A stretch of 59,544 bases of DNA, filler included, from Sphacelaria rigidula (GCA_964200075.2; 7 parts of 7 records of this genome joined end to end with filler, not necessarily neighbours in it); one strand, 5' to 3'; counted from the whole stretch's first letter, positions 26,640 through 40,289 are shown. Notes: generated by a model not told the origin, from the sequence alone. Numbers and translations: made by a program.

Positions 26640-29600
26640 ACCAGGGGAACTCCTGTTCATCACGGATCGACTGCCACCCAGGAGGAGAGGCGATCCGCGA
26701 GTTATTCCGAAATTTTCGTACATGATGGGTAGGGGGCGGACAGCCGTCGCACAACCTCAGCGACACGCCTCTACAGACAACAGGTGAGTAGCTCAATGAA
26801 GGAGGAGCAAACGCACGGGTATGGGGCCGTTACCGTCTGTAGGGGAGGAGGGGTCCCAGGTTTGCCTCAGATCGACGTTTTGTTACCTATATACAGTAGG
26901 TAAAAACACGTGGCAGCACGTCGCGAAGCGCCTTCCAAGCGGTAACGCGCCAACGTATAACCGTCTTGCCGAACTATCCCTTGCCGATGTGCTCATGTGC
27001 TGTGCCAGGAGAAGGTCAGCGAACGATATCATCACCGCGAAGACGGGAGTTCCGACTACCCTTATGGCAAACAGACGCCGGCAAACCGTTGACGCTGGTG
27101 GGAAAAGGACGGACGTAGGGAAAGGGCCCGGGGAAACATTCACGAGCCTCCTTCATCACACATCGAGCACGAGGAGACGCGCCTCCGAAACGGCCATCGA
27201 GTTTTCGTTGCGAAGTACGTCTACCGCTGAGGGTGATTGCTCGCCAACGCCGGACGTGTGGGCGTTGGAGGGGAAACGGGGAGCACCGCGACCTACGAAC
27301 CAGTTTCGGCGGCACAGTGGTGTAGCAGGTGGGCAACAACGGCAAGTGCAACGCGAGTCGCTGTAGATGCGCGGACGACGGTACCGGCCACCGGAGTTAC
27401 TTCGCCCTTGTAGAGGTATCATATATGATATGATTGATGGATTGATTGGTTGCCGCACTTGGACTGTTTTTTTGTTCTTCGCGTCTTAGTCTACTATGTT
27501 GTTCTGTTCTACTTTTTCTGTTTCTTCTCTTTTTCTCCAGCGGATGTTTCAGTCTCGTTTTGTCTTGGGTGCGTCTATCATGTGACTACAGCTGGACCTC
27601 TGGGGGGTCAGTTCAAGTGCGACAATCAATCAATCATTCAAAATCAATCGATCAAATCAATCATCTGATCCCTCAGGGATCCAGGCGTTTTCACGTCAGC
27701 CACAAAATAGACGTGACCGAGGTAAAACCAAAACGGAAGCACTCGCTGGGAGAAAAATGAAGAAAAAAAAGGTAAAACAGACAAACAGAGTAGACTGAGA
27801 AAAAAACAGAACAGAGCAGAACAGAAGGAAGGAATGGAAGCACAAAGACAAAGACAGAGACGAAAAATGAATAAGATTGGCCGGCCTCTGCAACATCGCT
27901 TCGGTGGAAAGGTCGTGCGCAACAAAGACAAAGACAGGGACGAAAAATGAATAAGATTGGCCGGCCTCTGCAACATCGCTTCGGTGGAAAGGTCGTGCGC
28001 AACACTACAATCCTACCCAATTGGAAAAAAACAAAAAGGCAGTGAAAATCGATCGCGGCTCACCTATTTCGGCCTCATTATTTTGAGTATAAAGCTCTCA
28101 TCCGTCATCCCTACGGAAGCGAAGCGCCAAACTGCTAAAGGCATACACCGGGGGGGAAGACCACACATAGAGGGAGAGATGGGGGAAGAGAGAGAAAACA
28201 GAGAGGATTGAGACGCAAGAAGTGGTGGAACCCAAAGAACACAGCACAGTAGAGCACGTACAAACAAACGCCAGGGAGCACCGCAAAACCACTGTCCAAG
28301 GACTAAATCAACTCCCTGAAGGGAAAGCCAGGGATGTATCAGGGTCTGTTACCCCAATTTCTCGCATCCATCCCTAGTCAGGTACAAAGTGGGCCAGTTC
28401 CTCGGCCACTTCCGTCTTGGATTCCTTGCTGTTGCTGTTGTTGTGCTAGCGGGGGCAATTCTCCGATCGACGGTTCTCGACGCAGCAGCCTTCTTGTCTG
28501 TGGCGGCGGTTCGATTCTCGTTTGTCTTCGCGTCGTCACGTGTCCTCGAACTCTTCCGCCCCTTTCACGCCTCCGACATTTTCCACGATAGCCCCCCTCA
28601 AAGAAGTGCATGATTTGGGGAGGAAAAATCTTCACGTAAATGGAAATGGGAGAAGCCGAGCACAACGAGCAGCTGGGAATTCCCACGCTTGGGTTCGTTG
28701 ACGCCAATGTCGCCAATATGATGCGCTTCATGCAGCTTGAACCCAAACATCAGGCGCTGTATTGCCATTTTTTTCGTGACACTTTTGGGCTGGTCTTGGG
28801 GAGGGGCTTGGGGAGGGGGGGTATCATAGCAAGTGTCCTACATGGTGTCATTTCCCATGTTCTTCGCCGCAGTGACCCAATCCTGCGCGTCGTTAACCTC
28901 TACACCATAGACAAATCATTTCCGTTATGCCGGTTTGCGTGGAAGAGCTTCTAGTGTACGTAGGTTCTCCCGGAGGTTGTCCCCCCAGTGTTTGACGGGG
29001 CGACCTGCCTCCTTGAGTCCTTGTTCGGCTAGCCGTCCGTGCATAATGCGTTTGTGAAGGCGCGTTTCGTCCTGCCGGACAAGGGCTTCCGCGAACCAAA
29101 GTTGACGCTTGCGAGTGGTGGTGTCGATACGTTCGTGGTTGGCAATCTCGAGCACAGCTCTGTACCAAAGACTCTTGTAGCCCGTTCGATCTTTTCTGCG
29201 GAATCTAACCACTCGTAATACTCAGAAGAAAACGTCCACATGCGGCACATCCGTGCAACAAAGCTTCCGCCGCCTCCGCTTCAAGCAGGCGGACTTTCAA
29301 GGATAGCTGAGCGTTGGATCGATCGTAGCGTTGGGAGCTATACTTCTTGAGACGTGCCCACGCTGCACTGTTGCGGCGGTTGATTTCAATGGACGATTTC
29401 GCATCCGTGCTGACGGGCACCACCAAGGTAGACAAACTCCATCTTGCTCTTCGATACCGTCAATCCGAACTCCTGGCAGGTCACCACTATCACGGCTATC
29501 ATTCTAGCACCGTCTGGGTTCCTCGAGACTATGCCGGCGTCATCCGCAAAAACCGTCGCCCATACCGCCCGCCGTGCCTTCTCTACCGGCGCCTCTTCCA

Positions 29601-32600
29601 GAAGTTCACCGTCATCACCTTTTGGCGTATGATCTAGAAAAACCAAGGATGAGACGATGACTGAGTCCGCCGCGAACCGCTGTACGATCACGTCGGCCAA
29701 GGCTGCGACCAAGATGTTGAACAACAGCGGGGATGAAATGCAACCTTGTCTGAGTCCCTGTCAGAAGTCGAGCCACGCTGATAGTTCGCCACCATCCAGC
29801 TTTACCCGAGCTCGCACGCCGTCGTGAGACATACGGATGATCGTGATCGTTCGCGGTAGGAATCCGAACTGGGCAAACACTTCCCGCAGGAGCGTGCGGT
29901 CTACGGAATCGTAGGCTTTCTGCAGATCGATGAAACACATGCTTAGTGGGACATTGTTGACCCGTCCCAATTCCTGTAGTGGGCATACTACGAACAGCAT
30001 GTCGATGGTTGATCGTTAGCGGCGAAATCCGCACTGCTCTTCTGGGAAAATATCCACTTCCTCACAGAAATTACCGCGCGTGGTGGCTACGATTTAGGAT
30101 AGCTTCACGAGCATATGCCACGAGTGAAATGCCCATGTAGTTACCACACTCGGTCCTATCCTTGTTCTCGAGTATCACTTTGAACGTGACATATTTCCAC
30201 TCCTGTGGCACCTCGCCAGACATCCATGCATGCAGCAGCGATGATGCTGTGAAAGTGGTACAGAATCTCCGAATCTTCTCCGCTCAGTCTAAGCTTCAGG
30301 AACTCAGCAGGTAGACTACCCGGGCCCGTCGCTTCGCCGTTCGACACAGCTCTCAGAGCCTCGTCAGTTTCACTTGGGCTTGGCGGGTTTCCAAGTGACA
30401 GCGCTATCGATCCATTCGCAATGTGCGCGATCGAAGCTGTGGATGGTTACCGATATGGTGTTCGGTAATGTGGAGAAGTACCGTTCTCATCTTGCACTGG
30501 TTAAACCTTCGTCTCGCAATATGTCCCCGTTGAGACGTGGTACTCGGTATCTGCTCGTCGTCCCGACAGTCTCCACCCTATTTCAGATGCCTGTACCATC
30601 CTCTTATGTCCCCAACTCGGATACACTCCTCCAACGCTCTAGCGTACACATGCAGGTACCTGTCGACCCCACGGTGGAAAACCTCTTTGACCTTTTGCAT
30701 GCTGCTCGCAATGTGCGCCATGCGGTTTTATCTCTCGATAGGCCCAGTTGCGCCGTCGACCTCGCTCTTTCCCTGTCATTCCAGACCTGTTGGAATTCCG
30801 TTCGGATGGCAGCATCTTCGAACCACCCCGGTACACGTGGTTTTCTTGTCAGACGGGGCACCACCTCTTCAGGGGCGCTCGTGGGTTCGCCGGCAAAGTT
30901 CGCCAAGTCTACCCTGTTTGAGCTCGCTGATGAAAGGCTGTGTGAGTTCCTCGCGTCTATCGGGGTCAGATATTATTGCCCGCATGCCGATTGATTTTCG
31001 CCCAGTTGGGATTCGCTCAGGTCTGGTGTGTGGGAAGCGATGTGCTTCCCTTGGGGGTGGAGAAAAACGTGTTGACCAGGGCAAGCCTGTTCACTCTGAC
31101 ACTGCAATAGTCTCCCCCAGAAAAGTGGATAGTTTGAGGAGGTAAAATCTGTGGGCAAATCAAAATGACAGAAAACGAGCATACCGAGCAGCTGGAAAAT
31201 CCCGCACTTGGGATCGTTTTCGCCAATGCTACCCATGCGAGGTGCTTCACGCAGTCTGAAACCAGCTATCGCATGTGCTGTATTGACATTGTTTTTGGTG
31301 ACAGTTTTGGGACTGGTTTGGGGAATGGGCTATCGCAGCATCAATCCATTGTCATCTACAAGTTGTAGTAAAAAGAGTTGTCGTCACTGTCGTTGGTTTG
31401 GGAATCCCCGGCCGCATGCCCTCACCATTTACATTACTCCTCGCCTATTTGTACCCCAGTACCCCAGTCCTAGCGTTATCGCCCATTAAAATACACAGGT
31501 GGTGTTTATCTGTTACTGGGGACCCAGTTCACAATGTTGTCCAACTCACTCCAGAGCATATATCTTTGTTCTCTTGCACTTTGATGTGTCTGTCGTAGCA
31601 TAGGCAACTCCAAACGTAGCGGGATTTGATTTGAATGCGAGGTTGAAAGTCATCGACATGAGGCGTCCGCCTGAGTCGGCCTCGCCTTGTTGATGATCGA
31701 CTACTTGACCGCCAACCCAACACCATGTTGTCCAGTCGTTCCCTTTCCCTCTTTTGCCCCGCAGCAGAACAAGATACGATATCCCGCCGCACAGAACTCG
31801 TTGCGGGCTCTTTTTCTTGTCTGCTGCAATCCGATGACTGCACATCTCAAGGCACAACACTTTTACCGAAACACCTCAGCATGAACAACTCCGTTCTTGA
31901 CCGTGAGGGAGTGTGAACGGACGCTGTACGTTGTCAATGTAAGCGCCCCGATACGCAGCCCAGCTCTAGCTGTCTCCCTATTTACACGCCGTTCTCTTTG
32001 TTCTGCCCTCCTCTCCGGTCCGTTTCGCCTTCTTGAATAACGAGTTTTTTTTTTCCTGTTCCGTTTTTCCTTTGGTACGTCGATCGTGGTACTTGCCTTG
32101 CGTGTTGGTCTCGCGCGAAGGGTACAGCCTTCCCAGCCCGCGTCGGCCGCTAACTCCAGTCCGCCGAATCTGGTACTTACTCACGCGTGTTCTATCTCCA
32201 TCGACGTGCTTTCCGTAACAATGTCCCAACTCCGGATAGAGGCCTGCAGCTGTGAGGTTCAGTTTCGCCCTCACTACAGGGTAAAACTCCGCAGCTGCAG
32301 GATTGAGCCCGAAGTTCAGCACAGTCGGCTTGATCCATTGCCTAGATTGTGTGCTGCATCACCACTGACACGAGTCATGAGACTAGTCTGTATGCCATGT
32401 TACTCTTTCCCACGCGTTGGCTGTGTCGTGGTTGGGGTTAGCTCACCCCGACACAACCATCCCCTGTCGGGCGGCGGTCGGGGGCGGAAGCTTGATTCGA
32501 CGACAACGCTAGGGTATGAAACGTTCCGATTTACCCGCGTCGGTTGTCTTCGTATCTGCGGTATCAGAATAGGCGATTTTTTCCCCCCAGAAAGGTTTGG

Positions 32601-33489
32601 TTGCCGGTCGCGAGGAGGCAGCGACATTGACGCAAATTTCCGAATGATGTGTAGCAAGGCACTGCATGACCATATCTTTTTCTTGCCCCATTACGACCCA
32701 CTTCGTAAATTCCGCTCGTGCTTTTCGTGCCACTTGCCATTACTAGCCACGCAAGGACCAACCTTGCGCGGGAATATTTTCGAATGGAGCTCTGGGCAGG
32801 TCGAACAGTGGATCGATGAAGCGATGGAGCTGGACAGATATCGGACGACGTTCCACCGGAAGATGGTAAAACCATGTATGTAATCGTGCTATACGGTAAT
32901 GCAAGGCAAAACTCACAAATCACCACCTGTGCCAGAGGAGGTGTCACGGCGTCACGCTGTGTAGGTCAGACGGATTCTGCTCGGGGAACTATGGCGGCAC
33001 CGCCGTCATTGATGGATGCTGCCCTTTCATGCAGGTGACTGGAGCGGATCTCACGGGGCTGACAGGACCCCAACTACAAATTGAATTCGGCATATCGAAC
33101 AAGTTTCACGTGCGCAAGCTCCTCCTGCATCTACAACATCTGGTGGAGGGGGCTCTTGGTCCTTCGCGACAACACAGGATACCTCAGAGGTAAGACCTGT
33201 ACTTTTGGTAATTAACTAGTTCTATAGCAACGAAACACAGTTAGAAAAGCTCAACGCGTCATCGGTAGAGGGTGTTGTCCGATGTAGAAGTAATCTTTGA
33301 GAACGAGCACAGTGTATACCCGCGGCATATCAACACCCTCATGTATTCTCTGCAGAGAACAGGCAACACATGAGAGGAACGTCCTGCTAACACCATGCCA
33401 AATATTGAGCCCCATAGAACAAAACGTGGGCGCACAATCAACGTGGGCGAAAATGGTATCGATCGATGGAAGGGGAGAAAGTGCTCGAG
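26640..33489 (+). CDS. Partial SAM (sterile alpha motif) domain protein; exons 26640-26783, 27009-27328, ~32756-32865, 33035-33189, 33356-~33489
   Basis: Exons 3 and 4 splice to IFEWSSGQVEQWIDEAMELDRYRTTFHRKM-VTGADLTGLTGPQLQIEFGISNKFHVRKLLLHLQHL, a canonical SAM pattern (WS..V..W...L..Y...F....G..L..L...L..GI....H..KL). Flanking exons are supported only by GT-AG sites and consistent phases. Confidence 0.7.
27842..28004. repeat. 80-bp near-perfect tandem duplication within a dispersed repeat
   Basis: ACAAAGACAAAGACAGRGACGAAAAATGAATAAGATTGGCCGGCC...GGTCGTGCGCA occurs at 27842 and 27922. Confidence 0.9.
28575..28837. mobile_element. ~255-bp MITE family (TIR GACACTTTCTACGATAG); other copies at ~10124-10380, ~31095-31340, 33708-33925, 34085-34156, 52889-53142
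   Basis: Shared internal sequence (GAGCAGCTGGGAATTCCCACGCTT) and TIRs; flanks CTCC/CTAC fit a decayed 4-bp TSD. Confidence 0.8.
28840..32330 (-). mobile_element. Degenerate non-LTR retrotransposon (RTE-like LINE) with RT; antisense within the SAM-gene intron
   Basis: Frameshifted RT motifs: GPGSLPAEFLKL, NYMGISLV, PEEQCGFR, MCFIDLQKAYDSVDR, QGLRQGCISSPLLFNI, FADD, FGLTVS, FVYLG, EINRR. The upstream endonuclease-position region is interrupted by a MITE; the 5' boundary is approximate. Confidence 0.9.
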
Positions 33490-34469
33490 GTACTTAATAA
33501 CGAGCCAAATCCTTTCCATGGCATGCAGCTACGAGCTGGGCCGGCGGAGGCTCTGTGACAACAGTCCACAGGCCACACGCGCCTTAATTTTCCGAATTTC
33601 GAGGTGAATGTTTGACACCAGAGAAACAGCACTCAGGCCCTTCGCGTCACCCTCTTGGCTTCCCAATTTTTGTTTTTACTCTAACTTTGGGTGATTAAAT
33701 GTTTTGGGACACTTTCTACGATAGCCCCTCCCCCCCCTCCCCCCCCCGCGAAACCAGCCCAAAACTGTCACGAAGACAATAGTCATACAATGCCTGATGT
33801 TTGGTTTCAGGCTGCATCAAGCGCCTCATACAGGCGATATTGGCGAAAACGAACCCAAGCGTGGAAATTCCCAGCTGCTCATTGTGCTCGGCTTTTTTCA
33901 TTTCGACTTACGTGTAGATTTTCACACTCTGGACAATGGACGTCATCTATTGCGATAGCAATAGAATCTGCTACAGTAGATGCCNNNNNNNNNNNNNNNN
34001 NNNNNNNNNNNNNNNNNNNNNNNNNNNNTTAATTAATTAANNNNNNNNNNNNNNNNNNNNNNNNNNNNNNNNNNNNNNNNNNNNTTTCGATTTACGTCAA
34101 GATTTTGCCTCCCGAACCCGTGCATTTTTTTGGGGGGGGCTATCGTAGAAAGTGTCTCTCACCCGCCAGTCAAATCTGAGGTTGAAATCGTTAGGAGCCC
34201 TTTCTCTCATGCAAAACACGACCTGTGAAAATATGAGAAAGTACGCCAGGATTACTACTCCAATGTGCTGGGGATATCCCGAACGAATTTGCGAACGGGG
34301 ATGCTCTGACTCATATTTTTGTGCATCTAGAATCGTTGGGAGCCCCTGAACTGGCCATGATGATTTCGCGAAAAAAGTGCACCCCTACCGTAGCATTGCT
34401 CGCGAACGTATACAAGATTATGCGTCCTGTGATCACATAACATACACTCCGTCCCGAGTTTCTATGGAT

Positions 34470-34726
34470 TGTGATGAAAATACGCCGTACGTTGTGTTGG
34501 TAGTGATGATATGGATACTGACTAGGGGCACGGAGATTCTGGAGGTTCTGGGTAATGACCGGGGACACGCAGATGGTATCTGCGGGTCTAAACAGGTGAT
34601 GCCCTGGAAGGGCACTCCTGAATAATGAGAATGTTGTAAAGGCTGACAACTGAAACTGAGGCCAGCAAGACTGGGGAGTCCCTCAACAGCAGTGATTCAA
34701 CAGTGCTTCCTCTGGCTGGCGTCACA
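34470..34726 (+). repeat. 5' LTR
   Basis: 257-bp direct repeat of 38602-38857 with TG...CA ends. Confidence 0.93.
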
Positions 34727-37700
34727 ATATCGATATTAGTGCTAGTGCTAGTGTTAGTGCTAGAAACCTGCTGAAAAGGATTTCGGCGGAGTGAGTCTGG
34801 CAGCTGGGGACAACCTGACACCGCGGACACGTTGAGAGGGTTCCAGCTGAGGCAGCTGCAGAAAGGCGGCTGGCCTGAGATTGATCCAGACTGGAGACTT
34901 GCTGATGCTGCGTGCAGCGGGAGTTTGGAGGCTCCTACGACTGTGTGGGGCGGCGACGAAGCAAGGAAAGTGCAATTCGCGAAGGTCCGCTGGCCTGGAG
35001 AGGTTCGCAGGTGGCCGGTTACAGCTACAGCTATGGCTACAGGCTTACGAGGTACGTCCACCGTGACACCCGTGGTTATGCGGAAAGAGTTGCGTCCTTC
35101 TCGATACGGGGATAGGTACTCAGAGAGTGCGTCTCGCACTTTTATTACGAAGTACTCCAAGTATAAGAAGCGTGTGAAGCATACTAACGCAGGGGGTGCT
35201 GGGAGGCATCAGGCGGTGCCCATGGCTCAACGAGTGCCAACTTATGTGCAGAGAGTGTCTGCTCGTTTGGAGCATAAAAAGAGCACAATCACCCTGCCGC
35301 AATTGGTTGCGGCGATAAAAAAGCATGCTGGGCATGCGGTGTGCACTTGCCAATGTTGTGGCCAGGTCGTTCATTACGCGCGAGATTGCCCAACCTCTTG
35401 CGGTGGAGAGTCTGGGCAGTCTCATGCCGCGCGCCATCAGCATCATCAGCACAAGGGCAAAAGACGAGGTAAACGTGATGGCGGCGGCGGATCCTCCGGC
35501 GATGGAGGGTCGCAGGCGGGCCCGCAGCAGCAACAGCAGCAACCGCAGGGGTAGCGGCGTCAGCATGGGCCTGATTATGGGTCCGGCGCCGGAGGTGCTG
35601 CTGCTCCGCAACGGACAGTGCAGGTGGGACTGACTTATACAGTGTCGAACACTGCGCCGGCGCCGGTGGTGGCGCCGGCGGCGACACTGGCAGCAGCGCC
35701 AGGCGAGGCGCCTGCTGACACGCTGGTCGGAGGCTCGCCAAATTCTTGGTATGCTGGCTGGGGGTCATACCCGCCGGCCCTGCCGTTTGAACCTGCCGGG
35801 GCATCTTCGCCTGCTGCGCAGCCGTGGCGTCGAGTGGGATTAGCGGTGCATCGGTCGGCGAATAAAAGGCAAGTGAAGTCTGCGCACAACTACGTTTCTG
35901 CGGAGCTGTGTCTCCCAAATCAACGGGAGCGTGGAACCATTGCGGTTCAGGCTAAGTGGGATTCTGGCCCCCACTTGACGGATCATGTGAGTCTGTCGGT
36001 ACAGATTGTAGAGATGTTGGAGCGTCTTCTCCCGGGTGTGCCACTGCGCATTCCCTTTTCGCTCGGGGCGCGGCAGGCCGTCACCCCGTCGGATCAGCAT
36101 GTTTACGTCACAGAGCGTACTGTTCCGCTGCAACTGACTTCCACGGCTTCCTGGGGGCCGGCGTAGTTGCCTCCGATCTCGTTTACGATCATGCCGGGGT
36201 CGGATGGCGTTATTCTTCTGGGGTTGCCGATGGTTCAGGATATCGGAGTCAACGCTCGGCGGTTGTGGGACTCCATAAAGACGCGGATGTCTCTGTCTGG
36301 TCCACGCTTGGAGACGCCCGCCATTCTGGGCAGTCGTCGCGTGAGCTTGTCGGATGAGTTTCAGGAGACTGGGGAGAAGGTGACCGAAAAGCGGGATGCG
36401 GCGGTGGAACGCTCGGTAGAGCGCGGCCCGGAGATGATATTGATTCCGCTCGGAAGGTCGCGCTGGAGGAGAGCGTGACAGATTCTGGGGCGACAGGCCT
36501 CAGCATCTCAAAAGCGGAGCGCCTACGCGGCATATCGCATTGCCGCATCAACGCGTTTCGTCGTGCGCTGCGGGGTGATCCCCCTGCGCGCGTGGAGTCC
36601 ATGCGTGTTCAGCCAAAACCTGGGGCGTCCGCGGTGAAGACGAAGCCGCGGCGGTACGATGCAGTAAAGTCGAGTTGGTTGGCATTGTGCATGGCGGCTC
36701 TTTTGGCGCTCGGGTTGGTGTTACGGAATATGCAGGCGGGGTGGTCCAGTCCAGATATGGCGTTTCCGAAGAAGGCTGCATCATGGACGGAGGGCAGGCT
36801 GCACGCGTGGGCGGTAGCGAAGGATCTGGTGGCTCATGCTGTGACACTGTTCCATCCTTGTTCTGATTGTCAGGTGTTTATGTTTCCGGATTCATTTGAG
36901 TGCCATTGGGGTAGTTTGGTCATGCAGGGGCCTACTGTTGAAATTGAAATGCCTGTGCGCGCTGTGGCTGTGTATGGTCCGTGTCAACCTGATGACTCGA
37001 TGCCGTCCAAATCTGTTGTCCGTCAAGCGCAACGAAAATACCTTGGGGCCGAACATGCGCATGTGCAATATTTCGAGTCGGGCGTTGGTACTGCTATCTT
37101 GGACAATGAAGGTCTGTTTCGTGTGCATGTGCGTGACCGAAACGTTTTGTGGATTCCGAGTTCTGACAAGCAGTTGCAGGTACGTCTGATGATTTGCGCG
37201 CACATACGCGACGCGGGCATCGTGGTGTGGCTGCGACGCTCGTGCGCTTGCAAGAGTGTTGTGTCTGGCAGGGGATAGAAAATCATGTGCGCGAATTTGT
37301 CCGCCAGTGACTTCACTGTGCTGACTCGAGGGCGGGTGATGTTGTTCCCCGCCCGCTCGGCGAAACGGTCCATGGGACCACGCCGAATGAAGTCGTTCGT
37401 TTTGACTTCTTGTACGTGGGCGAGAGTGGCCCGCTAGCTCCCCAAGGTTTGTCGGAGGATGCTGGGTTTCGATACATTTTGGTAATCATGGATGATTTGA
37501 GCAACTTTGTGGCTCTGGAACCGGTAGCAGTGTGTACTGCTGAATCGACTGCTGCATCTTTGCTGAATTGGTGTGGGTGAGTGATACCACCACGCATTCC
37601 AAGAATGCGATCTTGGCCCGATTGCGAGAGGCTTTGCGCGTTGATCACCACCTTGCGGTAGCGTATTCTCCGTGGTCTAACGGTACGTGCGAACGCATGG

Positions 37701-38601
37701 TCAAGGAAGTGGTTCGTGCTCTTCGCTCTATTCTTCTCGAGCAGCGTAGAACGGTTTCCGAGTGGGTGGACGTGTTGCCGGCGGTGCAATTAGCGCTTAA
37801 TACAGCGTATCGTCGTCGTTACGATAGTACGCCGTACCACGCGATGTTTGGTCGTGCCCCTTGGACGTCTTTTTCGGTGCTGGCGTCTTCGGCGGGGGAA
37901 TGGAAGTGTAATGTTTTGGACGATGCTCAAATTAAGAGTCCATTGCAAGGAGTCCTGGACTTGCAAGAACGTTTCCACGTATAAGTGCAGGAACATGTTG
38001 CCGCTAAACGTGCGCGTAGACGTAAGGGGTCCTCGTCGGGGCTGGAATTGCCGAATTTTGAGGTAGGCGACTATGTCTTGTATGCACGCGTGCGTCGTCG
38101 GGGTGTTACGCCCAAGTTGATGGCGACATGGACTGGTCCATGGAGAGTGGTTGGTGCTCACCATCCGCACGTGTTTGAGATTCCGAACATTGTTTCGGGT
38201 CGTGTTCAGACCGCCGATGTAGCTCGTTTGCATTTTTATGCAGACTCGCAGCTTAATGTTACGGCTGACGTTAAGGACGTGTTCCAGCATGCTGTCAATC
38301 AGGGGCAATTTCAGATGGCTGGTATTGTGCGAGTGGCAGAAGCAGATAATCGTTCGTTGATCGTGTTGGTCGACTGGGTTGGTTTCGAAGTTGAGGAGCG
38401 TACGTGGGAGCCTTTCAAGGATATATTTGAGGCCGCTCCGGAATTTCTTACGAAGGAGTTGCGTAAACTGCGCGTGACTTGTGCCGTTGTTGCTCGCATG
38501 ACGAGTGAGTTCGGTATTCAGTTGTGACTTATTCATCGTTTTGGCGTTTTCTACGTTTCAAGCTTGTTGATCGGTTCTCGTCCAACGCGCTTTGGGGGTG
38601 C

Positions 38602-38857
38602 TGTGACAAATACGCCGTAAGTCGAGTTGGTAGTGATGATACGGACAATAACTAGGGGCACGGAGATTCTAGAGGGTTCTGGATAATGACCGGGGACACG
38701 GAGATGATATCTATAGGTCTAGAAAGCTGGTGCCCTTTCAGGGCACTCCTGAAGAATGAGAATAATGTCAAGGCTGACAACTGAAACTGAGGCCAGTAAG
38801 ACTGGGGAGTCCCTCAACAGCAGTGATCCAACAGTGCTTCCACTGGCTAACGTCACA
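38602..38857 (+). repeat. 3' LTR
   Basis: 256 bp with TGTGAC...GTCACA inverted ends, followed by TSD GGAT. Confidence 0.93.
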
Positions 38858-38866
38858 GGATACGGG

Positions 38867-39057
38867 TGTAATGCGTGAGAGGATCGCGTGCTTCAGGGAC
38901 CGCATCGGAGTCTAAACACCCCTACCGGTAGGGTTGGGGTTGGGGTTAGGGTTAGTGTTGGGATTAGGACCAGAGGCGTGGCCGCTGCAGGGACTGGGCC
39001 GATCGGTTTCGAAAAACGTCGACCCTGAGGTGTTTCGAACTACTCTCACGCATTACA
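38867..39057. mobile_element. MITE with TIR TGTAATGCGTGAGAG; second, inverted copy at 39993-40162
   Basis: 15-bp perfect TIR; the internal sequence is the reverse complement of the second copy. Confidence 0.8.
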
Positions 39058-40289
39058 ACGAGGTCAATGGTCTCGTGACTACGGCATGTAAGATCATAAG
39101 TACACCTTCTCCCCATCGTAAAATCACTCACCATTCATAATGAGCGTTCCACTTGATGCTCGTTCCGTGTTTCAATCACCAAAGAAACCGAGGAGCAATA
39201 TCATTATACGAGCAGTATCGTTATTGACAATCGGCACGTTAGCCCCTTCGGTGCGTGATGCCGCAGGGATCGACCCTACTGATCGGCCGTCAGTGGGAAT
39301 ACGTACATTGGGAATACGCACGTTGTGTGGAAAAGGCTTTGATTTGATTATCTTGCATATGTCACACTTTCGGGACCATGGAATACACCGCATAATACGT
39401 GTATGGTGGTGGTGCTCGCAAACAGGGGCATACCACGCAGGTATAAGGTAGGAGTTACCGACGTCGACAGTCAGCCGGCGTACTGTAGCGAGAGGCCGCG
39501 ATTTCCGCCTGAAGTTCGAAATAATCGCCCATTTCATGCGCGGTCATTGCTGGATGGAGGAAGCGTAGATGGCAACGTAGAGAAAGGACAGCTACGTTCC
39601 ACCGAATGGGTGCCCACGATGCGGTGCACATCCGATCCCCTCGTATTCACAGTGATTTCTCTGATAGTGACATGCTCAGTCGACTCCCACAAGCGAGAGG
39701 TCAGTACATCTACACCGTGTGTTCGAACGACATAACTCCTTGTGCACTCTGTGTCGTTTATCAAAAGGCAATCATCACTTCTTGCTTGCCATTTCCGGTG
39801 AGAGAGTCAATCAGTTTGTTTGCCATCAGATACCAAATTAATTTCCGAGGGTGGTATCGAAGTACAGCTGTCACCCAGAAATCATATACCTAGCTCTGCG
39901 GGAGGCACAAAAATTGAGGGTGAATCGTGGAGTTGATAGTGCGGGAAGTTGGTACTGTATTCTGTAGGGAGTCAGGAAAATCGTCTGTGTGCTGTAATGC
40001 GTGAGAGGACCGCGTGATTAGAGGACCGCATCGTAGTCCAAAACACCCCAGGATCGACTTTTTTCGAAACCAATCGGGTCAGTCCCTGCAGGGACCACGT
40101 CACTGATCTCAACCCCAACACTAACCCGGTCTTCTGAGCACGCGGTTCTCTCACGCATTAGAGTCATCCTACGATAGGGGGGGGGTATTTTGGGCGACTT
40201 CTTGCACGAAATTCCAAGGCAAATCGGCGCTGAAATCAGCAACGGTTGCTCGAACGAGCTTGTTATAGATACACAACAACATCGGATCC

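Larger units (their letters stand above)
34470..38857 (+). mobile_element. Ty3/gypsy chromovirus-type LTR retrotransposon, internally deleted and decayed
   Basis: LTRs 34470-34726 and 38602-38857 (TGTGA...TCACA), 4-bp TSD GGAT and a G-rich tract before the 3' LTR. Coding remnants: gag CCHC (CQCCGQVVHYARDC), protease (WDSG), RT start (WSSP..PKK), RNase H start, integrase (FDF, SD, YSPWSNGTCER, TPY..MFGR, WTGPWRV) and a chromodomain (LVDWVGFEVEERTWEP). Confidence 0.95.
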
